A DNA stretch of 64,000 nucleotides from Macrostomum hystrix (Eukaryota > Animalia > Platyhelminthes), in NCBI GenBank assembly GCA_950097015.1, contig CATNEN010000037.1, positions 2,790,001 through 2,854,000 of the forward strand, read 5' to 3'. The notes beneath the pieces are model-generated. The model made no database searches. It had not been told where the DNA came from and saw only the letters and a program-made list of their open reading frames with translations. Below, in pieces: positions 49,948 through 62,729 of the stretch; position 1 is the stretch's first letter, and the number at the start of each line of letters is the position of its first letter. The translations under genes were made by a program, and so were the position numbers.

Positions 49948-52172
49948 ATGTCTAGGATAAACTACAGCAAATGGGACCACATTGAGGTCTCTGATGATGA
50001 GGATGATACTCATCCAAACATTGACACTCCTTCTTTGTTCCGCTGGCGCCACGAGGCTCGGGTCAAGCGCATGGAAGAGATATCGAAAGAGAAATCGGAC
50101 TTGGAGTCCGAATGGAAGCAGGTCACTAGCCAGGTGGACGATGTGCAGCGTCTTGCCGACTCGGGCGACTCTGCAGCTGGGGAGCGCGTAGTTCAACTCA
50201 AAGAGCGATTAGCCAAACTGGAAATCCGCCGCACTGAACTATCAAAGAAGGAGAAATCTCAGCCTTTGAACATTGACACTATCTGCAAGGAGGGCAAGAC
50301 AAGGACTATTATCAACAAGGCAGCCACCCATCCGCCGAAGCCTCGCTCAGACGAGGAGACCTGGAAAAATCTAGAAGAATTCAAACAGAAATATGATAAG
50401 GATATTAAAAAGTTTGGCATGTTCTCTAAATTAGACGACGCCCAGCGCTTCCTTGAGGAGCATCCGCACCTTGTGTGCGAGGCCGCCTGCGACAGGCTCG
50501 TGCTTTGGTGCGTAGATCTGGCTGTTGAAGATAAGAAAAGCCTGCTGGAATTCGTCACTAGGCAGTGCATCTGCCTGCAATTCCTGCTGAAGCTTGGCGC
50601 CGAGTTGGGCACGGATCCGCGCAACTGTCTGCGCCAGTTCTATGCCAGGCTCCGCGATCCTCAGCCAGAATATATGCGCGCCTTCGAGGAGGAGCTGGCG
50701 GCCTTCAGGTAAGTCGCTTGTTTCAAGTCGATCTCATTAGCTTAGGTTTGTTCTTGAAGCATGCTTGAGTCATCTACCCTGCAATCGTTTGGTCTACAGT
50801 TATCTACCCTGCAATCGTTTGGTCCACAGTTATCTACCCTCGAGTCGTTTGGTCCTCAGTTATCTACCCTCAAGTCGTTTGGTCCTCAGTTATCTACCCT
50901 CAAGTCGTTTGGTCCTCAGTTATCTACAATCGAGTAGTTTGGGCCTCAGTTATCTACAGACTACAATCGAGTAGTTTGGTCCACAGTTATCTACCCTCAA
51001 GTCGTTTGGTCCTCAGTTATCTACCCTCAAGTCGTTTGGTCCACAGTTATCTACCCTCAAGTCGTTTGGTCCACAGTTATCTACCCTCAAGTCGTTTGGT
51101 CCTCAGTTATCTACCCTCGAGTAGTTTGGTCCTCAGTTTCAGTTATCTACCCTCGAGTAGTTTGGTCCTCAGTTATCTACCCTCGAGTAGTTTGGTCCTC
51201 AGTTATCTACCCTCGAGTAGTTTGGTCCTCAGTTATCTACCCTCGAGTAGTTTGGTCCTCAGTTATCTACCCTCGAGTAGTTTGGTCCTCAGTTATCTAC
51301 CCTCGAGTAGTTTGGTCCTCAGTTTCAGTTATCTACCCTCGAGTAGTTTGGTCCTCAGTTATCTACAATCGAGTAGTTTGGTCCTCAGTTATCTACCCTC
51401 GAGTAGTTTGGTCCTCAGTTATCTACCCTCGAGTAGTTTGGTCCTCAGTTATCTACCCTCGAGTAGTTTGGTCCTCAGTTATCTACCCTCGAGTAGTTTG
51501 GTCCTCAGTTATCTACCCTCGAGTAGTTTGGTCCTCAGTTATCTACCCTCAAGTCGTTTGGTCCTCAGTTATCTACCCTCGAGTAGTTTGGTCCTCAGTT
51601 ATCTACCCTCGAGTAGTTTGGTCCTCAGTTATCTACCCTCAAGTCGTTTGGTCCTCAGTTATCTACCCTCAAGTCGTTTGGTCCTCAGTTATCTACTCTC
51701 GAGTAGTTTGGTCCTCAGTTATAGGTGCCTATTTGTCATTGACCTAGCGTATCTGTAATTTTCGCAACCACTATTCTGCCTCGAAAGAACTCGAGTCCAG
51801 GACCGCGCCAAAGCTCGCCTAGAGGAGGCCATGCGCGAGTACGAAGAGGAACAGCGTCAGGCTCGTCTGGGTCCTGGTGGCCTGGATCCCGTTGAAGTGT
51901 TTGAAAGCCTGCCAGATCAGCTGAAAGCCTGCTTTGAGTCCAAGGACATTACCCTGCTGCAAAGGACTTTAGCTGAGATGCCAGAGGCTGAGGCGCGCTA
52001 TCACATGAAGCGGTGCGTTGACAGCGGTATGTGGGTTCCTGACGCTTCCTCACAGAAGTTGCTAGATGGCGAAGGCGCGGTCGAAGAAGCTGGCGAGGGC
52101 GATGACGCTGACGAGGCTAAAGGCCAGTCGGAGGACAAGAGTGAGGGTGATTATGCCGAGCCAACTGTTTAA
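49948..52172 (+). CDS. CDC37: Hsp90 kinase co-chaperone Cdc37, 2 exons, 381 aa
   Basis: Exons 49948-50708 and 51788-52172 (phase-2 intron, AG|GTAAGT donor, AAG acceptor). Motifs: NYSKWDHIEVSDDEDDTHPNIDTPSLFRWRHEARV and RLGPGGLDPVEVFESLP. Confidence 0.97.
50770..51722. repeat. 30-bp minisatellite (AGTTATCTACCCTCGAGTAGTTTGGTCCTC) filling the CDC37 intron
   Basis: Direct repetition, ~30 copies. Confidence 0.96.
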
Positions 52173-54271
52173 CTCGGTTCGCACCTGAGCGCGCCTTGGC
52201 GAACACAGAGGGCCCGTGTATTTGATCTTTGTTCCCCCACATGTCCCTCATGTCCAGCGGCATTCTAAACATCACAAACGCTTTATTATTTATATAATGC
52301 TGTCTCGAAATGCCATCTAACCTTTTCTAGCGGTAACCAGACGAAAAACCTTGATTACTTCGTAGCTTTTGTATTGTAATTTACTTTGCTTAAAACATAC
52401 GAGTATTTGAATGTGAATGAGATATGCTGCCACCGTTTTTTCAACACCTTAGTAGCTAACAGTTGCCGGCGCCTTGATTATATACTGCCTCTTAAAGTAT
52501 CGTACTACTGTATTAATCATTCTTTGAAATTACTCCAGCTTAACTCGTCATTTATTTAACCCAGTGAACTCACTATAGATTTTCTTTCTAACCGATTAAA
52601 CGCTTCATAAATTGTGAATGGGTTCTTTGACACTTGTCATTGGTCGGTCTACTAGAACTAACTGTAGCGGATGGCCATAGTGAATGCTGTTGCAAGATTC
52701 TATTTACTATTGGCACATTTGCTTTATAATTATTTATGTGCAACACGTATCCAATATTCTATACCTTGTATTCAAAAGGATTCCTATTAAAACAAGTTAA
52801 CTCTTCTGAGAAATATCTATGCTTGTATCTCAGTGCAACAAGCAGAAAAATTAGCTATATACTTTGTGTCCAGTTTATTCCGGTTTATAAATACATCATC
52901 CAGTGGTCATTATCTTCTATCTATCTAGCAAGGCATCCGTAACAGACCTGTAGACACTGAATTATGGTATTTTTTCTTTGGATTTTTTGTATTGCTTTGG
53001 CTGTGGTGCTTCTTTGTAGTCGGTTGCACGAATAGCTGATTTATTTAAAAGTGTATTATACTTTTTTTGCTTCGACTGGGCGTCCTAAACGATCTAACAG
53101 TTTAAAGCAAGCAGCACCTTTGGTAGACGCTTTTTCAATCGATTAGGAAAGCTGTTTCAAGTAACTGAGACAGACAATTGCACTTAGTTCATAATTTATA
53201 AACTACGAGCCGTACGTTAAAATGTACAAAATTTATAAAATTACGTTTACCGTAGGCACTTAAACTAAACGAGATTATAGTTGACCACAATTGAACAGCA
53301 AAATAGAACAGTGTTGCTCAAAATTCTTTAAATTAAAAAAATAAAAACATTTCTTTGTAGTAAAAAGTATATTATTATGTGTACAAAGTAAAAAAATGGC
53401 AGTTTTATCGTATTATATTATTAATCACTATAATTTAAATACTTTATTTTCTAAGAAAAAAAACAATACCCCATTTTATCCAAATAAACAGGCCCGTAGT
53501 ATATCCTGGGTCCTGTAAAGCCTTGGGATAATAGCTCTTGACTGGATCATGTGGCCTGCGTTTGCTGCCAGTTTGTGTAAGATTGTAGACAGAAATGTTA
53601 TTATTGCTTATCATAGTATACAGCTTCACCCAAATATTCAAACTAAGTCAGATATGTCAGATCAATACAACTAATTCCCTCAAACATATACAAATGCACC
53701 AATGCACGCCTACATAAGCAGACACCTGACCCAACTTGATGTTGATTCACTTTGACTTTGGCCCAGGCATAGTGCATAGTGCTCTGGCCCAGGCATGAGC
53801 ACATGCAGTTACCTCACCTGTAACTGTAACCCCTAAAAATAGTCCCATATGGATTAGGAATAATTTTTCAATTAGAACATGACATTTTAAAGCTTGTTTT
53901 CATTGTGTTGTGTTGGCTGCTATTAAGTTCTCAGTGTGACAAATGATCTTCATTGAGGTTTTATATAACAGGGTAAAATAGGCCTATCTAAACAATATAG
54001 TTTAGAGCATCTGCCATTTGCAACTTCTATTGTCCTAATTCTAATGACTAATGAATAGAACATGAAGAATAATTGTAGGCACCTGTTACTACTCCTATAC
54101 ACACTGTGTTCCCTGGCTTATCAATAAATTCATAGCTCACAATGTGTCTTGTCAAGTAAAAATAAAGTGAGGAATTTTATTAATTTGGAATTTATTTTTT
54201 TTCTGACTAGAAACACTCAACTTGAGATGTTCAAAAATTCACCCATTATAATTGATGTAGACCGAAAGCTA

Positions 54272-54913
54272 GGGTAATGTATCATCAACCGAACAAGAAT
54301 ATGCATTTTTTTAACTTCAAACCTAAGCTACAGATTTTCTATTTAAGATATCATGATAAATCAAAAGCCAAGTTATAGAAAACTGTTTTGTCTTTCTAAA
54401 TAGTATCTGCTTTTGCTATTTTGTCAAATAGAAAAAAGTTATTCATGTTTTTTATCTAAAACCAAACAATGATTTTCATGTATCTTCAAACCAAACAGAG
54501 AATTTGATGCTCAGTTTCAAAATTTGAGTGAGTGGTTTAATCTTATTTTAAGGAGTGATCTATCATAAATTATGTCATTTGAAAGAATTTTTCATGCTCT
54601 ATAAATAACTACATTTATGGTAATTTAATTGGAAAGCAAGCACATACAATCTTAGTCTAAAGTACATGCTGAAAAAATGCTGTTAAAAAGTATGCTTTTG
54701 TGATAAAAATTTCTACTGAAACATCCATATCTTTCTTTCCTTTTAATGCTTCATTGCATGTCATGCCTTAGCTTGTAAATAATTTCATTAACATTCAAAA
54801 TAGTTGTTCTGTGAAACACAATAGCTTGTTTCTGTCTTGCACAAGACCAAGGAAGGAGTCAAAATTCTAATTAGGTTTTGAAGATACACTGTTCGGTTGA
54901 TGATACATTACCC
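54272..54913. mobile_element. MITE, 642 bp, 24-bp perfect TIRs (GGGTAATGTATCATCAACCGAACA), TA (or CTAG) flanks
   Basis: 54272-54295 and 54890-54913 are exact reverse complements; both ends are embedded in CTAG; AT-rich non-coding interior with subterminal CTTCAAA(A)CC repeats. Confidence 0.8.
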
Positions 54914-55897
54914 TAGTACATTTTAAAATGTGCGAATTTTCCTTTTTTTGTTTAAATTACGTATATTTGTTTTAACGCAAAAATAGTTGTTTGAATACAC
55001 TATAAATATTTGTTTAAAACGATGCGAAAATTAGTATAAATACAGGAGCAAAAGTGAGAGAAATTAACCTTGTTCAATGCAGTTTGAATCAAAGTTCGTA
55101 TACAATACTCAGAATCGTGTTCTTTCATTCTTTATAAAATATATGGAGACAAATACTAAGAAAGACTCAAGAGAGAGAAGTAGGAAGTATTGCTGTATAC
55201 TTGAGATCATTGGTAACGCTCTTCGGAAAGCCTATAATCAGAAATACATACATGCGATAAATTAATTGACCAGAATAACTAAATACGCTACCTTAGACTA
55301 ATTAAAGACGATATTCAAGGATAACTAAATATGCTATCAGAAATTCTTTTGGATATATAGAATACATTCTCAGAAATTAATTCTAAGAAACATTAACAGT
55401 AAAGAATACAACAACCTTGTGAGAGTAAAAATTAGAATAATAATTAGCGCCAGAACAACTTTGGTGGTATTCAGTAGAATATTAAAATATTATAAAATAA
55501 CCCTAGGACAACTTTGACGACAGTGGTGGGATTAAATTAGCCCTACAACATAATAGTTAGACTTATTCTTTTTTATTTGTTGGGTAAAATATATTTTAAT
55601 TTGCTATTGACCCAATCATATATCTAGATGCCTTTGCAATAAAACTTTGTATTTTAATTTTATAAAGAAATAATGAGGCATTTTTCCTACATACTTAGTT
55701 ACTACTTCTAAATGAGTGTGCAAACATAGTCTGTCTACTTTAACTTGGCACTGACTATGTAATCAGCATACATATTTTTATCAATGTAAGGCTATTTAGT
55801 AATCAATACAAAATTTAAAACACAAAAAAGTATGAATCTGATAAAACAATTCTTTCTTTTTATTTTCAGCATACATAGCTGGCTAGACTTTTTTGCA

Positions 55898-57427
55898 ATG
55901 AATCACCTTGAAAGTCTTGGTAAGTTATGCTTGCTTTAAAAGCTTACTGCTTTATTCATAACTCATGTTTCTGTAGAAAATTTCTAATTGCTAGAAAGCT
56001 AAAAAATATTAAAACCGCTTCTGCATATTGGGCAGTGAAAAAAATAAGGTCGTTTTTCTTTTCTAGTTGTTTTTCATCCCTTGTTCTCATTTGTTCTTGC
56101 TTGCCTTGCTTATAGCTAAAGATTCCATTGAAAAATTGTAATTCCAATTGACACTGGCAACTTTGTATCAGTCTATTAATCACAAAATACTGATATTATT
56201 TCAACATGATTAATTAATAAAATTATTAATAGTAACAATAATTGCAGAAGCGCTGCAGCCTATGGCTCATCATTTGGTGACCCGCAGACAGCGAGGAGGC
56301 AATTCTGCCCATTTCGCTGGTTCCTGAGCACACACGCACACAGATACTGTAAGTAGGCACGCTCACACAGGTGTATACAACTGCCCTGAATTTCTCATCT
56401 TCAGACAGTGTACACATTCACTGTACCTTGGAGGTTGGCCCTCAAGGGCGTAAATTGCACGACAAGCCACCAAGCATTCTCTCCGCGGCTGCGCCTCAAA
56501 TAAATGTGGCCTCGCCATGGAATCGAACTTATGGACCTTGGCGCGGGAGGCAAACGCGTTAACCGCTCTGCCACCGACCCCCTATTAATGACATTTAGAA
56601 AGTGAGGACATATTACCCCCCATTGAGTGATTGTTGGCCTGCATACATTTTCATGTATAATTAGCAGTATGTAGTTTTCTAACAAAAAGTAAAGTATTTT
56701 AATTAGAATAACAACAGCTCACGCCAGTTATTCCCAACTTTGCCCTTCGCTGTCGGCAGCCGCGGAGCCGCAGAATCAGGCTCTAATCAAGCGAGTTGAA
56801 GAATCCTTTGGCTCGTCCGGTGCCCCATTGCTGAAGCCCGGCCGGCTGCTGCTAGGCGAAGGCACCCTGTCCAAGGTTTGCCGCAAGAGTGAACAGCCGC
56901 GCCAATTCTTTCTATTCAATGACATTTTAATCTACGGCATGCCGCAGTTCAGAGCCGGCTCCTACACCAAGCAGCGGGTGCTGGAGCTCATCAGCCTGAC
57001 TGTCCAGCCAGTGCCCGGCCAGCCGCGCTCTCTCGATTTGCACTCGCCGCAGAAGAGCTTCCGGGTGGTGTGCAACACGGCCGCCGAGGCTGAGCAGTGG
57101 ACTCAAAGAATTCGCCTATGCTCAGAGGACTGCCGCCGCCGCCTAGGCCTATCAACGGAGCAGTCAAAGGCGATGGAGACTTCGCCAATCTGGGTGCAGG
57201 ATAGCGCCGCCACGGTGTGCATGCACTGCAAGACTACACAGTTTGGCGTGGTTAATCGCCGACATCACTGCCGACGCTGCGGAGATGTCGTCTGTTCCAC
57301 GTGCTCAAATCGTACCTGGCTATTTCCTAGCATTAGCGCTACTCCGCAGCGTGTCTGCCTAACCTGCTACAATAAGCTGAGCAGCCACTCGGCTTCAGCT
57401 GGCGGGCCAGCTGATGGCGGCGACTGA
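55898..57427 (+). CDS. PLEKHF2: PH+FYVE protein (Phafin/PLEKHF family), paralog 1, 2 exons, 243 aa
   Basis: Exons 55898-55919 (MNHLESL, G|GTAAGT) and 56718-57427. PH: PGRLLLGEGTLSKVCRK..RQFFLFNDILIYG. FYVE: WVQD..C..C..RRHHCRRCG..VC..C..RVCLTCY. Confidence 0.9.
56226..56582 (-). mobile_element. SINE family A, full-length copy in PLEKHF-1 intron
   Basis: Minus-strand A box TGGCAGAGCGG (56563-56573), B box GTTCGATTCC (56519-56528), ATT-rich tail; ~360 bp. Confidence 0.88.
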
Positions 57428-57532
57428 TGGCCGCACAGTTTTGTGTCTGGCTTCTGTAACCATTGATAATCGTGGCCCTACCATTTTCAGAGTGTGTTTT
57501 TTGGTTTGCCAGTGTGCCAGTCCAGTTTAAAG

Positions 57533-58935
57533 TTGGCCATGTTGAAAGTGGAGTTTAGAGTGGGCCATTTTGAAAGTGGAGTTTAGAGTGGGCCATTTTG
57601 AAAGTGGAGTTTAGAGTGGGCCATTTTGAAAGTGGAGTTTAGAGTGGGCCATTTTGAAAGTGGAGTTTAGAGTGGACCATTTTGAAAGTGGAGTTTAGAG
57701 TGGGCCATTTTGAAAGTGGAGTTTAGAGTGGGCCATTTTGAAAGTGGAGTTTAGAGTGGGCCATTTTAAAAGTGGAGTTTAGAGTGGGCCATTTTGAAAG
57801 TGGAGTTTAGAGTGGGCCATTTTGAAAGTGGAGTTTAGAGTGGGCCATTTTGAAAGTGGAGTTTAGAGTGGGCCATTTTGAAAGTGGAGTTTAGAGTGAG
57901 CCATTTTGAAAGTGGAGTTTAGAGTGGGCCATTTTGAAAGTGGAGTTTAGAGTGGGCCTTTTTGAAAGTGGAGTTTAGAGTGGGCCATTTTGAAAGTGGA
58001 GTTTAGAGTGGGCCATTTTGAAAGTGGAGTTTAGAGTGGGCCATTTTGAAAGTGGAGTTTAGAGTGGGCCATTTTGAAAGTGGAGTTTAGAGTGGGCCAT
58101 TTTAAAAGTGGAGTTTAGAGTGGGCCATTTTGAAAGTGGAGTTTAGAGTGGGCCATTTTGAAAGTGGAGTTTAGAGTGGGCCATTTTGAAAGTGGAGTTT
58201 AGAGTGGGCCATTTTGAAAGTGGAGTTTAGAGTGAGCCATTTTGAAAGTGGAGTTTAGAGTGGGCCATTTTGAAAGTGGAGTTTAGAGTGGGCCTTTTTG
58301 AAAGTGGAGTTTAGAGTGGGCCATTTTGAAAGTGGAGTTTAGAGTGGGCCATTTTGAAAGTGGAGTTTAGAGTGGGCCATTTTGAAAGTGGAGTTTAGAG
58401 TGGGCCATTTTGAAAGTGGAGTTTAGAGTGGGCCATTTTGAAAGTGGAGTTTAGAGTGGGCCATTTTGAAAGTGGAGTTTAGAGTGGGCCATTTTGAAAG
58501 TGGAGTTTAGAGTGGGCCATTTTGAAAGTGGAGTTTAGAGTGGGCCTTTTGAAAGTGGAGTTTAGAGTGGGCCATTTTGAAAGTGGAGTTTAGAGTGGGC
58601 CATTTTGAAAGTGGAGTTTAGAGTGGGCCATTTTGAAAGTGGAGTTTAGAGTGGGCCATTTTGAAAGTGGAGTTTACAGTGGGCCTTTTTAAAAGTGGAG
58701 TTTACAGTGGGCCTTTTTAAAAGTGGAGTTTAGAGTGGGCCATTTTGAAAGTGGAGTTTAGAGTGGGCCATTTTGAAAGTGGAGTTTAGAGTGGGCCATT
58801 TTGAAAGTGGAGTTTAGAGTGGGCCATTTTGAAAGTGGAGTTTAGAGTGAGCCATTTTGAAAGTGGAGTTTAGAGTGGGCCATTTTGAAAGTGGAGTTTA
58901 CAGTGGGCCTTTTTAAAAGTGGAGTTTAGAGTGCG
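57533..58935. repeat. 28-bp minisatellite (AAAGTGGAGTTTAGAGTGGGCCATTTTG), ~50 copies
   Basis: Direct repetition downstream of PLEKHF-1. Confidence 0.98.
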
Positions 58936-60209
58936 TCCTTAAAAAGTAGAGTTTTTATTACACAATTTCACAAAAAAAAATATTTTTGATCGTTTTAAAA
59001 TAAGGTTTTACGATTTAGCTTTGAGTGTAAGCTTTTATGTAACCCATTCTATGAGTGAGGTTCAGCCACTTGTCGAGCGTAGCCACTTGTATGTCTAGCA
59101 CGCAGATGTTTTAACAATATCACAATTTAAAACACTAAAATTAATTCATAAAAAGCCGTAGACAATTTCTCACTCTTGTTTAAACAAAACAGTCAGTGAA
59201 GTGAAAATATTTTACCGGCCAGTAAACTTTGAATTTAATTGAATTGAATGCTCAACTGATGAATCTTCAGTAAATGATTTGCTATCCAGAAATGTAATTT
59301 TTTGTATATTCGGAGCGAATGCTTTTCGTTTCTCTTCTAAGTTTTGCTTGTTTGTCTTTAAAAAAAGCAAGACATTTTTGTTTGTCGATTTTTACTGCTT
59401 AGACAATATCTCGTTTTATTGTTCTACTGAGAGAAATAAAAAGTATTATAATTTTTGTAGTAGAAAAGTTCTAGGGTCTGCAGGGATTCGCTGATTGGCT
59501 GGTTTATTTGGGGTAGGTGTTGTCAAATAATAAGACAGCCAAACAGACACCCACCTCCGGTCACGGCTAGCCAATAAGCAACGCCGGATAGACCGTACCA
59601 CTTTTCAACTGTTTAGATGTAAATCGATTGGTGCTTTAGATTAATTCTGTTTGGTAACTCCCAACAGTGTACTTTTTGTTTTTCTTCTGCAGCAGATTAT
59701 ACAATTTTTATGTTTGATCCATTTCCATTTCCAATATTTATAAAATGTTGCGATTAATCAGCGGATGCATGGCATTTTCTAGAATATTCTCTCTAATTTG
59801 GCTTTGGTAATGTGCACTTATGTAAGACATGATTTTTCATTACCTTCAGCAGTGTTTTATACAAGAAAATATTTTCAAGCCACAATGGCTTGTTTTAAAT
59901 GCAAAATAGTTTATTTTCGCGTTAGACAATATTGCAAGGCTATACTTGTTAATTTGTCAATTTGTGATATAATTATAATCCGAAAAGACTGATTGATTAA
60001 CATACGCAGTTTGTTCCTTTATCTTTTGATCGTCCGAATTCATTAATGATTATGTCAATAATCAGCTAAATTAGGTCAATTTATAACTTAGACAGCCCAT
60101 AAGCATATTGCAATTTGCAAGCAAGAAGTCAAGTTAAAAAAACTTTTCTGTATTCCTTCTTTCAGTTCTCATCGTGGTACATTGGAGTCATTCTGGCGGC
60201 ACAGAAGCA

Positions 60210-62208
60210 ATGTCAGGACGCAGTCATTTTCTAATGTGTAAGTTTATTATGATTAGAAGGTTCCGCAAGGTTACGCAACAAGGTTCCTGAGCTCGAATCT
60301 ATCTATGGCGAGGCCACATTTATTTGGGGCAAAGCCTCTGATAGTAAGCTTTAGTGTTTTGGCACATTTTGAGCCAATGAGTGTTCACTGCCTGACAATA
60401 AGAAATACATGACAGATGTACACACCTGTGTGAGTGTGCATGCATGCGTATCTACCAACCCCCTGACCCCCACTGTCCAGCCAATCCCCCCGACCCACTG
60501 TCCAGCCAATCCCCCCCGACCCACTGTCCAGCCAATCCCCCCGACCCACTGTCCAGCCAATCCCCCCGACCCACTGTCCAACCAATCCCCCCGACCCACT
60601 GTCCAACCAATCCCCCCGACCCACTGTCCAGCCAATCAACCCGACCCACTGTCCAGCCAATCAACCCGACCCACTGTCCAGCCAATCAACCCGACCCACT
60701 GTCCAACCAATCCCCCCGACCCACTGTCCAACCAATCCCCCCGACCCACTGTCCAGCCAATCAACCCGACCCACTGTCCAGCCAATCAACCCGACCCACT
60801 GTCCAGCCAATCAACCCGACCCACTGTCCAACCAATCCCCCCGACCCACTGTCCAACCAATCCCCCCGACCCACTGTCCAGCCAATCCCCTCGACCCACT
60901 GTCCAGCCAATCCCCCCGACCCACTGCCCAACCAATCACTCTGACCCACTGTCCAACCAATCCCTCTGACCCACTGTCACCCGCTCGGCTCACCCACCGA
61001 CAGCCGCATCTGAGCGGAACATCGAGCGCATCCGTCGTGTTGAACAGTGCTTCATCAGCGGCGGCGTCCCATTGCTACAGACCGGGCGGTTTCTGGTGGC
61101 GCAGGGCACCCTGACGAAGGTCTGCCGAAAGAGGAATCAGAGGCGCCGAGTGTTCCTGTTTAACGACCTGCTGGTTTACGGCAGCCCTCTAGCCAGCGAC
61201 ACCGGCCTACTGGTTCAGCAGCGGGTGTTGCAGCTGGCCGAGGTTCAGGCTCGTCAGCTGGCTGACTTTGGCGGCGCTGCATTTCAGGTGCCTGCTTAGC
61301 TGAGGCTTTTGGAAGCCGATGGGCCTTTTTAGGAATTCTAGGTGTGCGCGATAGGTGTCCTTAAGTGTTGCACTGAAGAAGTGTCATTTGAGAGTGACAT
61401 TAGCGTCATTAGAGAATTACATTAGTGTCATTAGATAGTGGCATTGCTATTTGTGTCGTTATTGTGTACGTTGTGTGTCATTCTTCCTTTTATTGAGTGA
61501 TTTACATATTCCCTATCCCGCTGCAGGTGATATCGCCCATCAAGTCGTTTACTCTGCACGCCAATTCTGCTGAAGAGGCAGATAAGTGGATCCGAGACAT
61601 TCAAGAATGCGCTGCTGGGGCTGTAGTTAATGACAGCGAAAATGCCTGGTCGTCATCAGTGTCACCAGTGTGGATGCCGGACAGTAGCAGCAGCGACTGC
61701 GTGCTCTGCGGTTTTGCTTTCAGCGCCTTATTCCGTCGGGTAGGTCGCTGGAGTTATCATCATAACAATCAAAAGAGGGTCGATGAATGATTTGGTCATC
61801 GAGGGTCAGGGAATGATTTGGTCATCGAGGGTCAGTGACTGATTTGGTCATTGAAGGTCAATCGATGATTTAGGTATCGAAGGTCAAGGCATTGTGTACA
61901 TTCAAGGTCATCTTGGCTCATCTTGGGTCCTGCATTCTACAAAAGGCATCTTAGTTTTGTGCCTGTATAACTATGATTTTCGTGATTGGGTTAGTCTGGG
62001 ATAAAGAATTCATTTTTAATCTTCACGGACATGTCTCGATTCCCCCGTCTTCTGGCAGCACCACTGCCGACACTGTGGCATCCTGGTGTGCGGCTCCTGC
62101 TCCGAGCGTCGGTGGCTGCTGCCGAAGCAGGACAAAAAGCCACAGCGCGTCTGCGACTTGTGCTATAGGAAACTCTCCGGCGGCGATGTAGCCAGCAGCT
62201 GTGGTTAG
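60210..62208 (+). CDS. PLEKHF2: PH+FYVE protein (Phafin/PLEKHF family), paralog 2, 4 exons, 224 aa
   Basis: Exons 60210-60237, 61004-61287, 61527-61739, 62059-62208 join in frame. Motifs: GRFLVAQGTLTKVCRK..VFLFNDLLVYG, WMPD, RR|HHCRHCG, RVCDLCY. Confidence 0.88.
60262..60450 (+). mobile_element. SINE family A 5' part in PLEKHF-2 intron 1
   Basis: GGCGAGGCCACATTTATTTGGGGC and CAGATGTACACACCTGTGTGAG match the other copies; ends at a minisatellite. Confidence 0.7.
60462..60980. repeat. 25-bp C-rich minisatellite (CCGACCCACTGTCCAGCCAATCCCC)
   Basis: Direct repetition. Confidence 0.95.
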
Positions 62209-62218
62209 CTGTATGTGC

Positions 62219-62438
62219 TGCTGGTGCTGCTGCCGTCACTGCTGCTGCTGCTGCTGATGCTGCTGCTGCCGTCACTGCTGCTGCTGCCGTCACTGCTGCT
62301 GCTGCTGCTGATGCTGCTGCTGCTGCTGCCGTCACTGCTGCTGCTGCCGTCACTGCTGCTGCTGCTGCTGATGCTGCTGCTGCCGTCACTGCTGCTGCTG
62401 CTGCTGATGCTGCTGCTGCCGTCACTGCTGCTGCTGCC

Positions 62439-62480
<42 letters not shown>

Positions 62481-62481
62481 A
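62219..62481. repeat. Imperfect (CTG)n tract immediately 3' of the PLEKHF-2 stop
   Basis: Direct reading; GCCGTCACT and GAT interruptions. Confidence 0.95.
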
Positions 62482-62729
62482 TTCGATTTTTTTGCATTAA
62501 CTGTGTAATTTTCTGCATGATTAGAAAAATTCACTTATTCAGATAGAGTTTCAATAATTGTTTAATTGCTAGATTTTTTATTGCTTCTATTTATAGCTTT
62601 TTGCTTTATTTTTGGGGCAGTTGGCTTTCAATTGGTCTTGGCATGAATTGGTATCGTACATTTGTTGTGCAGCTTTGTTAACATTTCAAAATAAACGTTG
62701 AAATCCTATCGTTTTTCTCGATAGGATGG

